Source: Gemmatimonas sp. (GTDB lineage Bacteria; Gemmatimonadota; Gemmatimonadetes; Gemmatimonadales; Gemmatimonadaceae). From it: a DNA stretch of 64,000 bases. Location of the stretch: the NCBI GenBank assembly GCA_031414535.1, contig JANNVQ010000054.1:64001-128000 (forward strand), given 5' to 3'. Below, piece by piece: positions 46,152 through 54,710 of this stretch (the first letter of the stretch is position 1; each line of letters begins with the position of its first letter). The notes beneath the pieces were generated by a model that worked only from the letters and a program-made list of their open reading frames with translations, searched no databases and had not been told where the DNA came from. Both the position numbers and the translations under genes were made by a program.

Positions 46152-47687
46152 CTAGAACGTCCAGCGCCCCGTGAGCGTCGCTGCGCCGTAACGATAGTCG
46201 CTCGCCGTGATAGCACCCGCACCAGCCACGTTTGCGTAGACGAGCCCGAACACGAGTTCGCGGCCCGGCGCGACCCTGTAGCCCACGCGCATCGCGCCGC
46301 GCGGGACCACACTGCGACTCACCGGATTGCTCTCGAATGCGACACCCTGGCTTGCGAGCGCGAGGTCACCCGCAAGCACGAGCCCGAGTTCAGCAGGCCG
46401 CTCCCAACTGAGCGCCGCCTCCGTGATGGACCATGTCTGTGGCGCGAAAAATACCCCGAACTCCGGAGCGTCCCAGGATACTTGGCGCTGCGAGAGCGAG
46501 AGTTGCGTGCCGCGGCGTGGGAGGAATCGCAAGGATCCCATGATCGTGCTCCGCGACGCGATGACGTCGGGGCTGCCATCCACGACGCCGGCGGTTCCAG
46601 ACAGACCAAGGTGCCAGCGCGGAGCCAGAATGTAGTTGGCGTCCACATCGAACACGCTAAACATCAGTCCGCGAGACGCGGTGCTCAGTACTTCGTCGAA
46701 CGGTTCGCGATTGCCTCCCGCCGATAGGCGGAGCTTGCCACCGACGACACCGGCCCCTCGTACGCCACCGCGCAGACGCAGCGTCTCACCGGGAACGGTG
46801 GACGGGAAAGACACCGCCCCAAAGTCAGCTCGCCACGTGATGCCGAGTGCCGCAGGCCGCCAAGAGGCGTGAATCAGCGCACCCGGCACCACGATGGCAT
46901 CCACGTCCGAGACGCTCGCTTCGCGCAGACGCGCCGTAGCGCCAGCGCGAACCCCATGCCACATCGGGAGCAGCACGCCAACTTCACGATGCCAGAGCGT
47001 GTTGCGCTCGGAATCCTTTGCCCCGACCATCTGAAAGGTGGCCGCAAGATTCAGATCCGCTTTCACCCACGCCATCTGCTCTCGTGCCGCGCGATCATTC
47101 GGGGCAATCGCGAGCGCGCGCGTCAGTGCCTGCTCCGCCGCGCGCGTTTCGCCCCGCCAGCGACGGAATTGCCCGAGAAGAGTCCAGGCTTCGGTATCGT
47201 CCGCGCGGCGCTCCACCCAGCGCTCGAGTGTCGCTTCGCCCTCGGGGATGCGGTCACTCCAGGCGAGGGTCTGCGCTCGGCCCAGCACCGCGTCCCGATA
47301 ATTGGCGTCGCGCGCGAGCACCGAGTCGTACTGCGCCAGCGATTCGGGAATGCGCGAGGCCCACGCGTAGGTGCGACCCAGCGCAACGCGCCCCTCGAGA
47401 TCATCAGGCTCGGCGCGTATGTAGCGCCGCTGTGCAGCGATGGCAGCGCCAAAACGATTGCTCCAGGCGTGCAGCAACCCAACGCGGAAGAGCGCACGCG
47501 TGGAATACACGGAATCCGCCCGCACCACGGCGTCGTAGGCCGTGAATGCCGCAGGATGGTCTTCGCGCGTCCAGGCTGAATCGCCACGCGCGAGCAGCGT
47601 CGCAAGATCATCACGCGACGGCGGCGACTGCGCGGCCACACTCCCTGCCCAGAAGGCGAGGGCAAGGAGTGTCGACGCGCCCTGCAT
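46152..47687 (-). CDS. TPR plus outer-membrane beta-barrel protein (YaiO/PgaA-like architecture)
   Basis: Signal peptide, TPRs with repeated LAWS/YAWA, alternating beta-strand C-terminal half ending GRWTF (terminal Phe). Confidence 0.7.
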   Translation of the reverse strand: MQGASTLLALAFWAGSVAAQSPPSRDDLATLLARGDSAWTREDHPAAFTAYDAVVRADSVYSTRALFRVGLLHAWSNRFGAAIAAQRRYIRAEPDDLEGRVALGRTYAWASRIPESLAQYDSVLARDANYRDAVLGRAQTLAWSDRIPEGEATLERWVERRADDTEAWTLLGQFRRWRGETRAAEQALTRALAIAPNDRAAREQMAWVKADLNLAATFQMVGAKDSERNTLWHREVGVLLPMWHGVRAGATARLREASVSDVDAIVVPGALIHASWRPAALGITWRADFGAVSFPSTVPGETLRLRGGVRGAGVVGGKLRLSAGGNREPFDEVLSTASRGLMFSVFDVDANYILAPRWHLGLSGTAGVVDGSPDVIASRSTIMGSLRFLPRRGTQLSLSQRQVSWDAPEFGVFFAPQTWSITEAALSWERPAELGLVLAGDLALASQGVAFESNPVSRSVVPRGAMRVGYRVAPGRELVFGLVYANVAGAGAITASDYRYGAATLTGRWTF

Positions 47688-48253
47688 TACTTGGCCGACC
47701 AATCCGCCGCGAGGTCAAGACGGCCCCAGCTGATGCTGAGCACGCCGCGCGCGGAAGTACCGTCAACCGGCACCATCACGATCTGCAGGGACTCCTGCAC
47801 TTCCGTGCGCGTACGAGCGCGCAGCGGCACGCGGGCAAAGTCCTTGGTGGCATCGTACTCCGTGCCCCACTGGCCCGTGTTGTTGTTGATGATGAGGATG
47901 TACTGCCCGTTCTCGCGGATGGTGTAAAGCGAGTAGTCACCGGCCGGCACATCCTTGCCACCGATGACGAGGTCAGTCTGCGTGCGCAGGGTGGTGGCAG
48001 CGTTGGCACCGGTGCGCCAGATCGTGCCGTCCGCCGCCAGCTCGGACGGGACGTCACGCCCGCGGGCGTGCGGTTGGCCGTATTCGATGGTGACATTCTT
48101 GGGCGTGGGCGCAGGCTGACCCTGCACACGGGCGGTGGCGAGAGGCATCGTGAAGACGACGCGCGTGCTCAACGGGGCGCGGAGGCCGCTCTGCTGAGCG
48201 GCGAGCGGAGCGGAGACGAGCGCGAGAAGGGCGAGGGCCAGAACCGGACGCAT
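47687..48253 (-). CDS. DUF2911 domain secreted protein
   Basis: TIEYGQPHARGR, IWRTGANAAT, AGDYSLYTI, QWGTEYD. Confidence 0.85.
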   Translation of the reverse strand: MRPVLALALLALVSAPLAAQQSGLRAPLSTRVVFTMPLATARVQGQPAPTPKNVTIEYGQPHARGRDVPSELAADGTIWRTGANAATTLRTQTDLVIGGKDVPAGDYSLYTIRENGQYILIINNNTGQWGTEYDATKDFARVPLRARTRTEVQESLQIVMVPVDGTSARGVLSISWGRLDLAADWSAK

Positions 48254-48360
48254 TGGTTTTTGTTATTGAAGGTGAATTCCGAGCGCCACAATCAGGGGCG
48301 CAGCACCGTTAAGATACCCCAGAGCAGGATGGGCGTCCAAGCTCCTGCCCACCGCTCCTT

Positions 48361-48381
48361 TTCCGTCATCCGTCATCCGTC
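48361..48381. repeat. Heptamer tandem repeat (WTCCGTC)x3
   Basis: TTCCGTC ATCCGTC ATCCGTC, 2 nt before ATG 48384. Confidence 0.75.
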
Positions 48382-48383
48382 CA

Positions 48384-48824
48384 ATGTCATCCACCCATCC
48401 CGCCGCCCCAGACCACCACGACGCCGAGCTCGTCCTCAAGCTGTACGAACTCCGCCGCGAACCCGTAATGCGCGAGTCTCGCGATGCCATCAACGGTCAG
48501 TTCATGCCTCGCTCCTTTGAGGACGTGGCGGCCATCGCCAAGACAGACCACCCGCTCAACCGTGCCTACCGCCAGGTGAACACGTACTGGGAGATGGCCT
48601 ACGGCCTCATCAAGCACGGCACCCTGAACGCCGACCTCGCCATGGAGAGCAACGGCGAGGGCCTGCTGCTGCTCGCCAAGGTCTGGCCGTGGATGGACCG
48701 CATCCGGACCGAGCTGAACCCACGCTCCTTCCGGAACGCCGAGTGGGTGGCCACCCAGACTGATGCCGGGAAGTACGTATTTAGCCTTTTCCAGGCCCGA
48801 ATCGAAAAACAGCGCGGAACCTGA
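48384..48824 (+). CDS. Hypothetical protein (possibly DUF4760-like)
   Basis: DAELVLKLYELRREPVMRESR..YRQVNTYWEMA; strong GC3 bias. Confidence 0.75.
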   Translation: MSSTHPAAPDHHDAELVLKLYELRREPVMRESRDAINGQFMPRSFEDVAAIAKTDHPLNRAYRQVNTYWEMAYGLIKHGTLNADLAMESNGEGLLLLAKVWPWMDRIRTELNPRSFRNAEWVATQTDAGKYVFSLFQARIEKQRGT

Positions 48825-48904
48825 ACGGGCAGACGACGGGAACCTTTTGTTAAGCAAAGAGTAAGTTATTCGCTGGACAGGACATCACCTGTTCGGACAA
48901 TTGC

Positions 48905-48933
48905 TTGACAGAATGAAACTCCGTCCATATTCT
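48905..48933 (+). promoter_or_regulatory. sigma70 promoter giving a leaderless carH-like mRNA
   Basis: TTGACA (48905-48910), 17 nt, TATTCT (48928-48933); ATG lies 6 nt downstream with no SD. Confidence 0.7.
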
Positions 48934-48939
48934 TAGACC

Positions 48940-49896
48940 ATGCCTGTCTCAAGCGGACTCCACCCGGTACGCATTGTCTCTCAGCGCACCGGCCTCACGC
49001 CAGATGTACTTCGCGCTTGGGAACGTCGCTACCACGCCATTCAACCGGTGCGTTCCCCGGGCGGACAGCGGCACTACAGCGACGCGGATATTGAGCGCCT
49101 CACGTTATTGTCCCGCGCGTCGCGAGCAGGACGGCAAATTGGTCAGCTCGTGCCGCTCGGCAACGAGGAGCTGCAAAAGCTCATCGATGGCGATGAGCGC
49201 CAGTCTCGAGAGCGGGTGGGCCTCGGGCCAGATCAACCAGCCATTGAATCCTATCTCTCCTCGGCCCTGATCGCGGTCGAGGAGTTTGATGGACATCGGC
49301 TCGAACAGACGCTCCGTTCGGCCGTACTCCGCATGCCCAGCGACGAAGTGCTCGACCAGGTCGTTGGTCCCCTGCTCTTCACCATTGGTTCGCTCTGGCA
49401 TCAGGGACTTCTACGTCCTGCGAATGAACACCTCGCGACTACGACGATCCGTCGGGTGCTCGTGTGGATGTCAGACCTTGCCGTACCCGATGCGACGTCG
49501 CCCATCATCGTGATTGGCACGCCGGCGCATCAGATGCATGAGCTCGGCGCGATGCTGGCGGCCACCACGGCGGCCAGCTCGGGGTGGCGGGTTGCCTATC
49601 TTGGCCCGAATCTGCCCGCCGGTGAACTCGCGCGGGCCGTACGCCACGCACGTGCCTCAGCGATTGCGCTCTCCATTGTGTATCCCACGGACGATCCCGG
49701 CCTGCACGGGGAGTTGCGCGAGTTGAAGGCAGCCTTGCCAAGCGAGACGGGCATTATCGTAGGCGGCAGCGGTGCTGCGGGCTACACGGAGACCATCCGT
49801 GAGATTGGCGCGCAGCCGGCGACCTCGCTTGCCGGCATGCGCCAGTGGCTGCGTCAGCGCGCGGTTACGGCGCTTTCGGGTCGAGCTGTTCGATAG
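48940..49896 (+). CDS. MerR-family B12-binding regulator (CarH/LitR-like)
   Basis: LRAWERRY..PVRSPGGQRHYS (MerR HTH), W-x9-EH (WHQGLLRPANEH), QMHELG, YLGPNLP, ALS, IIVGG. Confidence 0.88.
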   Translation: MPVSSGLHPVRIVSQRTGLTPDVLRAWERRYHAIQPVRSPGGQRHYSDADIERLTLLSRASRAGRQIGQLVPLGNEELQKLIDGDERQSRERVGLGPDQPAIESYLSSALIAVEEFDGHRLEQTLRSAVLRMPSDEVLDQVVGPLLFTIGSLWHQGLLRPANEHLATTTIRRVLVWMSDLAVPDATSPIIVIGTPAHQMHELGAMLAATTAASSGWRVAYLGPNLPAGELARAVRHARASAIALSIVYPTDDPGLHGELRELKAALPSETGIIVGGSGAAGYTETIREIGAQPATSLAGMRQWLRQRAVTALSGRAVR

Positions 49897-51091
49897 ATGC
49901 GGTGGATGGCGCGCGCTGCGTCTGCAGCCGCGCCGCCACTTGCTCGGCCCGCGTCATCGCACGGAGGATGTTCTCTCCCGCGAGCTTGCGGAGGTCTGCC
50001 TCGCTCCAGCCACGGCGCGAGAGTTCGGCAAAGAGCCGCGGATAGCTCGCGACGTCTTCGAGCCCGACGACCACCTCTTCGATGCCATCGAAATCGCCGC
50101 CGATGCCAACGTGATCCACGCCGGCCACGCGCCGGATGTGATCAATATGATTGGCGACCTGCGCGAGTGTGGCTGAGGGGCGCGCGCCGCTGCGCTGGGC
50201 CTCGGGCGTGCGGTTCCAGTCAATTTGTGCTTGCGACACGAAGCCGGGCACGAAGGTCACCATCACCACGCCGCCATTGCGCGGCAAGCGCGCGAGAATC
50301 GAATCCGGCACGTTGCGGGTGTGGTTGGCCACCGCGAACGCATTGGAGTGCGACCAGATTACCGGAGCCTCAGACGCATCGAGCGCGTCACTCATTGTGC
50401 CCGGAGAGGTGTGCGAGAGATCCACGAGCATGCCGAGGCGGTTCATCTCGCGCACGACTTCCTTTCCAAAGGCCGTGAGGCCCGCGTGCTGCGGATTCGC
50501 CACATGCGAGTCCACCCAATCGAGATGCACGTTGTGCGTGAGCGTCATGTAGCGCACACCCATGGCGTAATAGGCGCGCAGTGCCCCAAGCGAATTCTCA
50601 ATCGCGTGTCCGCCTTCCATCCCCATCACCGAACCGATGCGACCGCGAGCGAAGGCATCGCGGAAGCCCTGCGCGGTAGTCACGGGCTGCAAGACATCCG
50701 GATACTTGGCGAAGACGCGCTGGGCGATGTCAATCTCCTCAAGCTGCACGCGCGCGTAGCCGAGGGCCTTGTAGGTGGATTCTCCTGGCACGTACACGGA
50801 CCAGAACTGTCCGCCTAGGCGGCCCTCGCGCATGCGCGCGACATCCGTGTGGCCGATGGTGCGCTGGCGTAGGTCATAGCGTTCGACGTCCATCGGCGCG
50901 GCGGCGAAGTTGCGAATCGCCCAAGGCAAATCATTGTGGCCATCAATGAGCGGCACCGCGCGGAGCACTCGCTCGGCGCGGGCCATGTGTTGATCAGCCG
51001 GTGCGGATTGCGAGGCCTGGGCACAGGCCACGGAGGGCGCCGCAACGAACACGGCGAGAAGGGCGTGAAAGAGATTGGCGGATGGTCGCAT
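49865..51091 (-). CDS. Membrane dipeptidase (peptidase M19)
   Basis: IDGHNDLP, GGQFWSVY, MEGGH, YMTLTH, EMNRLGMLVDLSH, SHS, GIGGDFDG. Confidence 0.93.
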   Translation of the reverse strand: MRPSANLFHALLAVFVAAPSVACAQASQSAPADQHMARAERVLRAVPLIDGHNDLPWAIRNFAAAPMDVERYDLRQRTIGHTDVARMREGRLGGQFWSVYVPGESTYKALGYARVQLEEIDIAQRVFAKYPDVLQPVTTAQGFRDAFARGRIGSVMGMEGGHAIENSLGALRAYYAMGVRYMTLTHNVHLDWVDSHVANPQHAGLTAFGKEVVREMNRLGMLVDLSHTSPGTMSDALDASEAPVIWSHSNAFAVANHTRNVPDSILARLPRNGGVVMVTFVPGFVSQAQIDWNRTPEAQRSGARPSATLAQVANHIDHIRRVAGVDHVGIGGDFDGIEEVVVGLEDVASYPRLFAELSRRGWSEADLRKLAGENILRAMTRAEQVAARLQTQRAPSTASIEQLDPKAP

Positions 51092-51113
51092 CCCGCCAAT
51101 CTACAGCATCCTG

Positions 51114-51314
51114 CTAGATATCGCGGCGCAATCCGCAGGTGTTGAAGCCAAACACGGAGTAGAGTGGGCACCATCCCATGGCGGCGGTGCCGAGCGGAAT
51201 AAGGCCGAGCCATCCCCACGGCGTTTGTGGTCCCATGAAGACAAAGGAAAGAATCACCGCGCCAAAAACGGCGCGCATCGTGCGATCAGTGGTGCCTTCG
51301 TTGACCTTGAACAT
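51114..51314 (-). CDS. DUF2892 (YgaP-like) membrane protein
   Basis: NEGTTDRTMR..GLIPLGTAAMGWCPLYSVFGFNTC; AGGAG RBS. Confidence 0.88.
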   Translation of the reverse strand: MFKVNEGTTDRTMRAVFGAVILSFVFMGPQTPWGWLGLIPLGTAAMGWCPLYSVFGFNTCGLRRDI

Positions 51315-51492
51315 TGGGTGCTCCTGTCGGGGAACGCGCTGCTTCATTGCGCTGGATGTATCCTGCCGCTTTACCCCTCGTTCCGGTATCCGTCTTCGGG
51401 CCTATTTCGTGCGAGGGAAACCCTCACCTTGCTCGGCGGTATATTCTCAAGGCTCGCAGTACTCATCGCCCTGCCCTCAACCCCTTTGGCCG

Positions 51493-53502
51493 ATGCCCCG
51501 CGCCCTTCTGGCATGCTTGCTTCTCTCCGCCCCTGTGCTCTCGGCGCAGGATCCTACTCCCTCGCCCATCGCAAGGATTGTGGTGCTGCCGCTGCAGCGC
51601 GTCGTCGCGGCCGGTGACACGCTTCGCCTTCGCGCCGAGGCGCGTGACGCCGCGGGCAACTTGGTCCCGAATGTGAGCTTCCGCTTTGCTCAATCGGGAG
51701 CGCGCTTTGAGGGCGCCGTGTCAGCCGACGGTCTGGTGACGTCGGGTTCAACGGGCGTGCTGCCCGCTGCGGTGGTGGCGGTGCTCCCGGGTCAGCAGCC
51801 CAAGGTGGAGCGATTCGAGATTCGCATGGTGGCTGGGCCAGCGGCGCGGATTGCGCTCACACCAGCGCTGACGCGTCTCGTGCCGGGGCAGCGCATTCGT
51901 TTGAATGCCGACGTGCGCTCGGCCATCGGCGACGTGCGCAATGATCGCGTGACGTGGAATTCATCGAATGCGGCAGTGCTGCGCGTGAACGAAGTGGGGC
52001 TCGTGACGGCGGTGGCGGCAGGCCGCGCTCGGATCACGGCACGTGCGGGCGAGGTCACGCAGGCACTCGAGCTGCAAGTGGTCGCGAGCACGGTGGCGTC
52101 GTTCAGTGTGGAGCCGGGGGTCACAGACGCGCGCACGGGCGATGTCATTCGCTTTAAGGCCGTGGCACGCGATGCGCAGGGTCGCGAGATCGTGGGTGTC
52201 ACGCCAGTGTGGAGCTTCTCGCCAGGCCAAGGCATGATTGAGTCCGATGGTGCCTTCGTGGGCTATGAGGCCGGGAGTTACACCGTCACGGCCTCGCTCG
52301 GCAATCGCTCGGCGGACGCGGTCGTGTCGCTCGCCGCGCGCGACGTGCGCCGGCCGCTTTCAGTCGTGGGCCGCCTTCCGCGCACGCGCTTCAATACGGA
52401 AGAAGTCTGGCTGCATCCCAACGGTCAGGTGGCCTACCTCGGCTCGGGCGGCGGCGGCGACGTGTTGTACACGATTGACATCTCGAATCCCGCTGCGCCG
52501 ATGGTGACGGACTCCATCATCGCCAACACGCGTCGTGTGAACGACGTGATGACGACGCCTGACGGCAAGTACCTCGTGTTCACGCGTGAAGGTGCGGCGG
52601 ACCGGCGCAACGGCGTCGTGTTCGCCTCGTTAGAAGATCCGCGCCATCCGAAAGTCATTAGCGAGTTCACGCAGGGCGTCACGGCCGGCGTGCACTCCAG
52701 CTTCATCTATAAAGATCCCCGTTACGGCCAGCACGTCTTCCTCACCAATGACGGCACCGGCGCGCTGCACGTGCTCAACATTGATGATCCGGCCAACCCA
52801 CGCGAAGTCGCGCAGTGGAAGACGGAGAACCGGCCCGACGCTGGGCGCACGCTGCACGACATTGACGTGCAGGATGGTCTACTCTACGGCAGCTGGTGGA
52901 ATGACGGGCTCGTGATTCTCGACGTGGGCAACGGCATCAAGGGCGGCACGCCGTCCAATCCCGTGTTGGTCACGCAGTACAAGTACGACTTGAATGCCTT
53001 GTACCGCGATGTGGAGGCGACTGGCGGGCCCGGCTTCATTCGCGGCACGCACACGGCGTGGCGCCATCGCAACTACGTGTTTATCGCCGACGAGGTGTTC
53101 CCATCGAGTGGCGTGCAGGGTGCCAAGGACGCCGCCGCAGGCCGCGCCTACGGGAGACTGCAAGTCATTGATATCTCCGACCTGAACGCGCCCAAGTCCG
53201 TGGCATGGTACGAGCCAGAGTATGGTGGCGTGCACAACGTATGGGTGGCGGGTGATTCGCTGTACATCGGCGCGTACAATGCGGGCTTCCGCGTGTTTGA
53301 CGTCTCTGGTGAGCTACGCGGTGACTTGCGCGCGCAGGGCAGAGAGATTGGCCATCTGAACACCGCCGACATGGACGGCCGCGCGCGCAACACGGCGATG
53401 ACGTGGGGTGTGGTCGTGCGCGACGGCTTGGCCTATGTGAATGACATGAACAACGGCCTGTGGATTGTGCGTATTGAACCGAAATCCAGCGTGGTGCCGT
53501 GA
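51493..53502 (+). CDS. Secreted Ig-like (Big_2) plus LVIVD-repeat beta-propeller protein
   Basis: Signal peptide, VTWNSSNAAVLRVNEVGLVTAVAAG, repeated IDISNPAAP / GLVILDV / LQVIDISD. Confidence 0.82.
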   Translation: MPRALLACLLLSAPVLSAQDPTPSPIARIVVLPLQRVVAAGDTLRLRAEARDAAGNLVPNVSFRFAQSGARFEGAVSADGLVTSGSTGVLPAAVVAVLPGQQPKVERFEIRMVAGPAARIALTPALTRLVPGQRIRLNADVRSAIGDVRNDRVTWNSSNAAVLRVNEVGLVTAVAAGRARITARAGEVTQALELQVVASTVASFSVEPGVTDARTGDVIRFKAVARDAQGREIVGVTPVWSFSPGQGMIESDGAFVGYEAGSYTVTASLGNRSADAVVSLAARDVRRPLSVVGRLPRTRFNTEEVWLHPNGQVAYLGSGGGGDVLYTIDISNPAAPMVTDSIIANTRRVNDVMTTPDGKYLVFTREGAADRRNGVVFASLEDPRHPKVISEFTQGVTAGVHSSFIYKDPRYGQHVFLTNDGTGALHVLNIDDPANPREVAQWKTENRPDAGRTLHDIDVQDGLLYGSWWNDGLVILDVGNGIKGGTPSNPVLVTQYKYDLNALYRDVEATGGPGFIRGTHTAWRHRNYVFIADEVFPSSGVQGAKDAAAGRAYGRLQVIDISDLNAPKSVAWYEPEYGGVHNVWVAGDSLYIGAYNAGFRVFDVSGELRGDLRAQGREIGHLNTADMDGRARNTAMTWGVVVRDGLAYVNDMNNGLWIVRIEPKSSVVP

Positions 53503-54707
53503 TTAGCCTAGGCTCGCGGCTCTCACTCGCCATGGCGCTCGCCGCAGGGATGCTCGGCTGTCAGCCGAGCATTCCAGCGGCGAACGTGCGTCCCCGCGTA
53601 CTCACGGAGACTATGGCGCCGAGCGCGGTGAGCGCACCGACGCGGCGCTACGAGGCCATCGTCGTCTCGGAGTCGGTGGACGAGATTGCGCGTATTGAGT
53701 TCGGGCCTGAGGGCGCGCGCGTGGTACGCACCGTGCCGGTTGGCATGTCGCTGATTGATCCAGATGGTCCGCACGGCGTCGCTCTGTCTCCGGATGGCCA
53801 GCATTACTACGTGAGCACCGCGCACGGCTTACCCGGCGGTTCGTTGTGGAAGTTCCGGACCATTGATGACGTGGCCGTATCGCGTGCGACGCTCGGTCTC
53901 TTCCCCGCGACCACACAAGTGAGCCCGGACGGCTACTACGCTTGGGTGGTGAACTTCAACCTCCACGGCGATATGGTGGCATCAAGCGTATCGGTGGTAG
54001 AGACGGGCGAGATGCTGGAGATTGCGCGCATTCCCACCTGCACGATGCCACATGGATCGCGACTCAATGCGGCCGGGACTCGGCACTATTCCGCGTGCAT
54101 GATGGACGAGGAGCTGGTGGAGATTGATGCACAGAAGTTCGAGGTGTCCCGGCACTTCTTTCTCACCAAGGGAAAGGAGACGGGCATGAACGGCGCTCCG
54201 CCGCGGCGCGGTGCCAGTGCGCACGCGGATCACGACATGGGCGGACACGGCATGGAGCCGCCCGCTCTGGGTGATGTGAGTTGCTCGCCAACGTGGGCGC
54301 AGCCGTCACCCGATGGCGCGCGCGTGTGGGTGGCCTGCAATCGGTCAAGCGAGATCGTGGAGATTGACGTCGCGAGCTGGTCGCTCGTGCGCCGCATTCC
54401 GGCAGGTGAGGGCGTATACAATCTCGCGGTCACCGGCGACGGGCACCTTCTCGTAGCGACCAACAAGCGCGGGCGCTCGGTGAGCGTGTTCGATGTGGCG
54501 AGCGGCCGCGAGCTCGCCCGCATCCCGACCTCGAGGCGCGTGGTGCACGGCGCAGCAATCTCCTCGGATAATCGCTACGCGTTCATCTCCAACGAAGGCG
54601 TCGGCTCGGAGAAGGCCACCGTGGACATCGTGGACCTGCGTACCCTGCAATTGGTCGCCACCGTTGAGGTGGGCCAGCAGGCGGGCGGCATCGACGTGCT
54701 ACGCTGA
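53499..54707 (+). CDS. YncE/YVTN beta-propeller lipoprotein
   Basis: Lipobox MLG-C, GPHGVALSPDG, MPHGSR, PTWAQPSPDG, VHGAAISSD. Confidence 0.82.
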   Translation: MISLGSRLSLAMALAAGMLGCQPSIPAANVRPRVLTETMAPSAVSAPTRRYEAIVVSESVDEIARIEFGPEGARVVRTVPVGMSLIDPDGPHGVALSPDGQHYYVSTAHGLPGGSLWKFRTIDDVAVSRATLGLFPATTQVSPDGYYAWVVNFNLHGDMVASSVSVVETGEMLEIARIPTCTMPHGSRLNAAGTRHYSACMMDEELVEIDAQKFEVSRHFFLTKGKETGMNGAPPRRGASAHADHDMGGHGMEPPALGDVSCSPTWAQPSPDGARVWVACNRSSEIVEIDVASWSLVRRIPAGEGVYNLAVTGDGHLLVATNKRGRSVSVFDVASGRELARIPTSRRVVHGAAISSDNRYAFISNEGVGSEKATVDIVDLRTLQLVATVEVGQQAGGIDVLR

Positions 54708-54710
54708 GCC

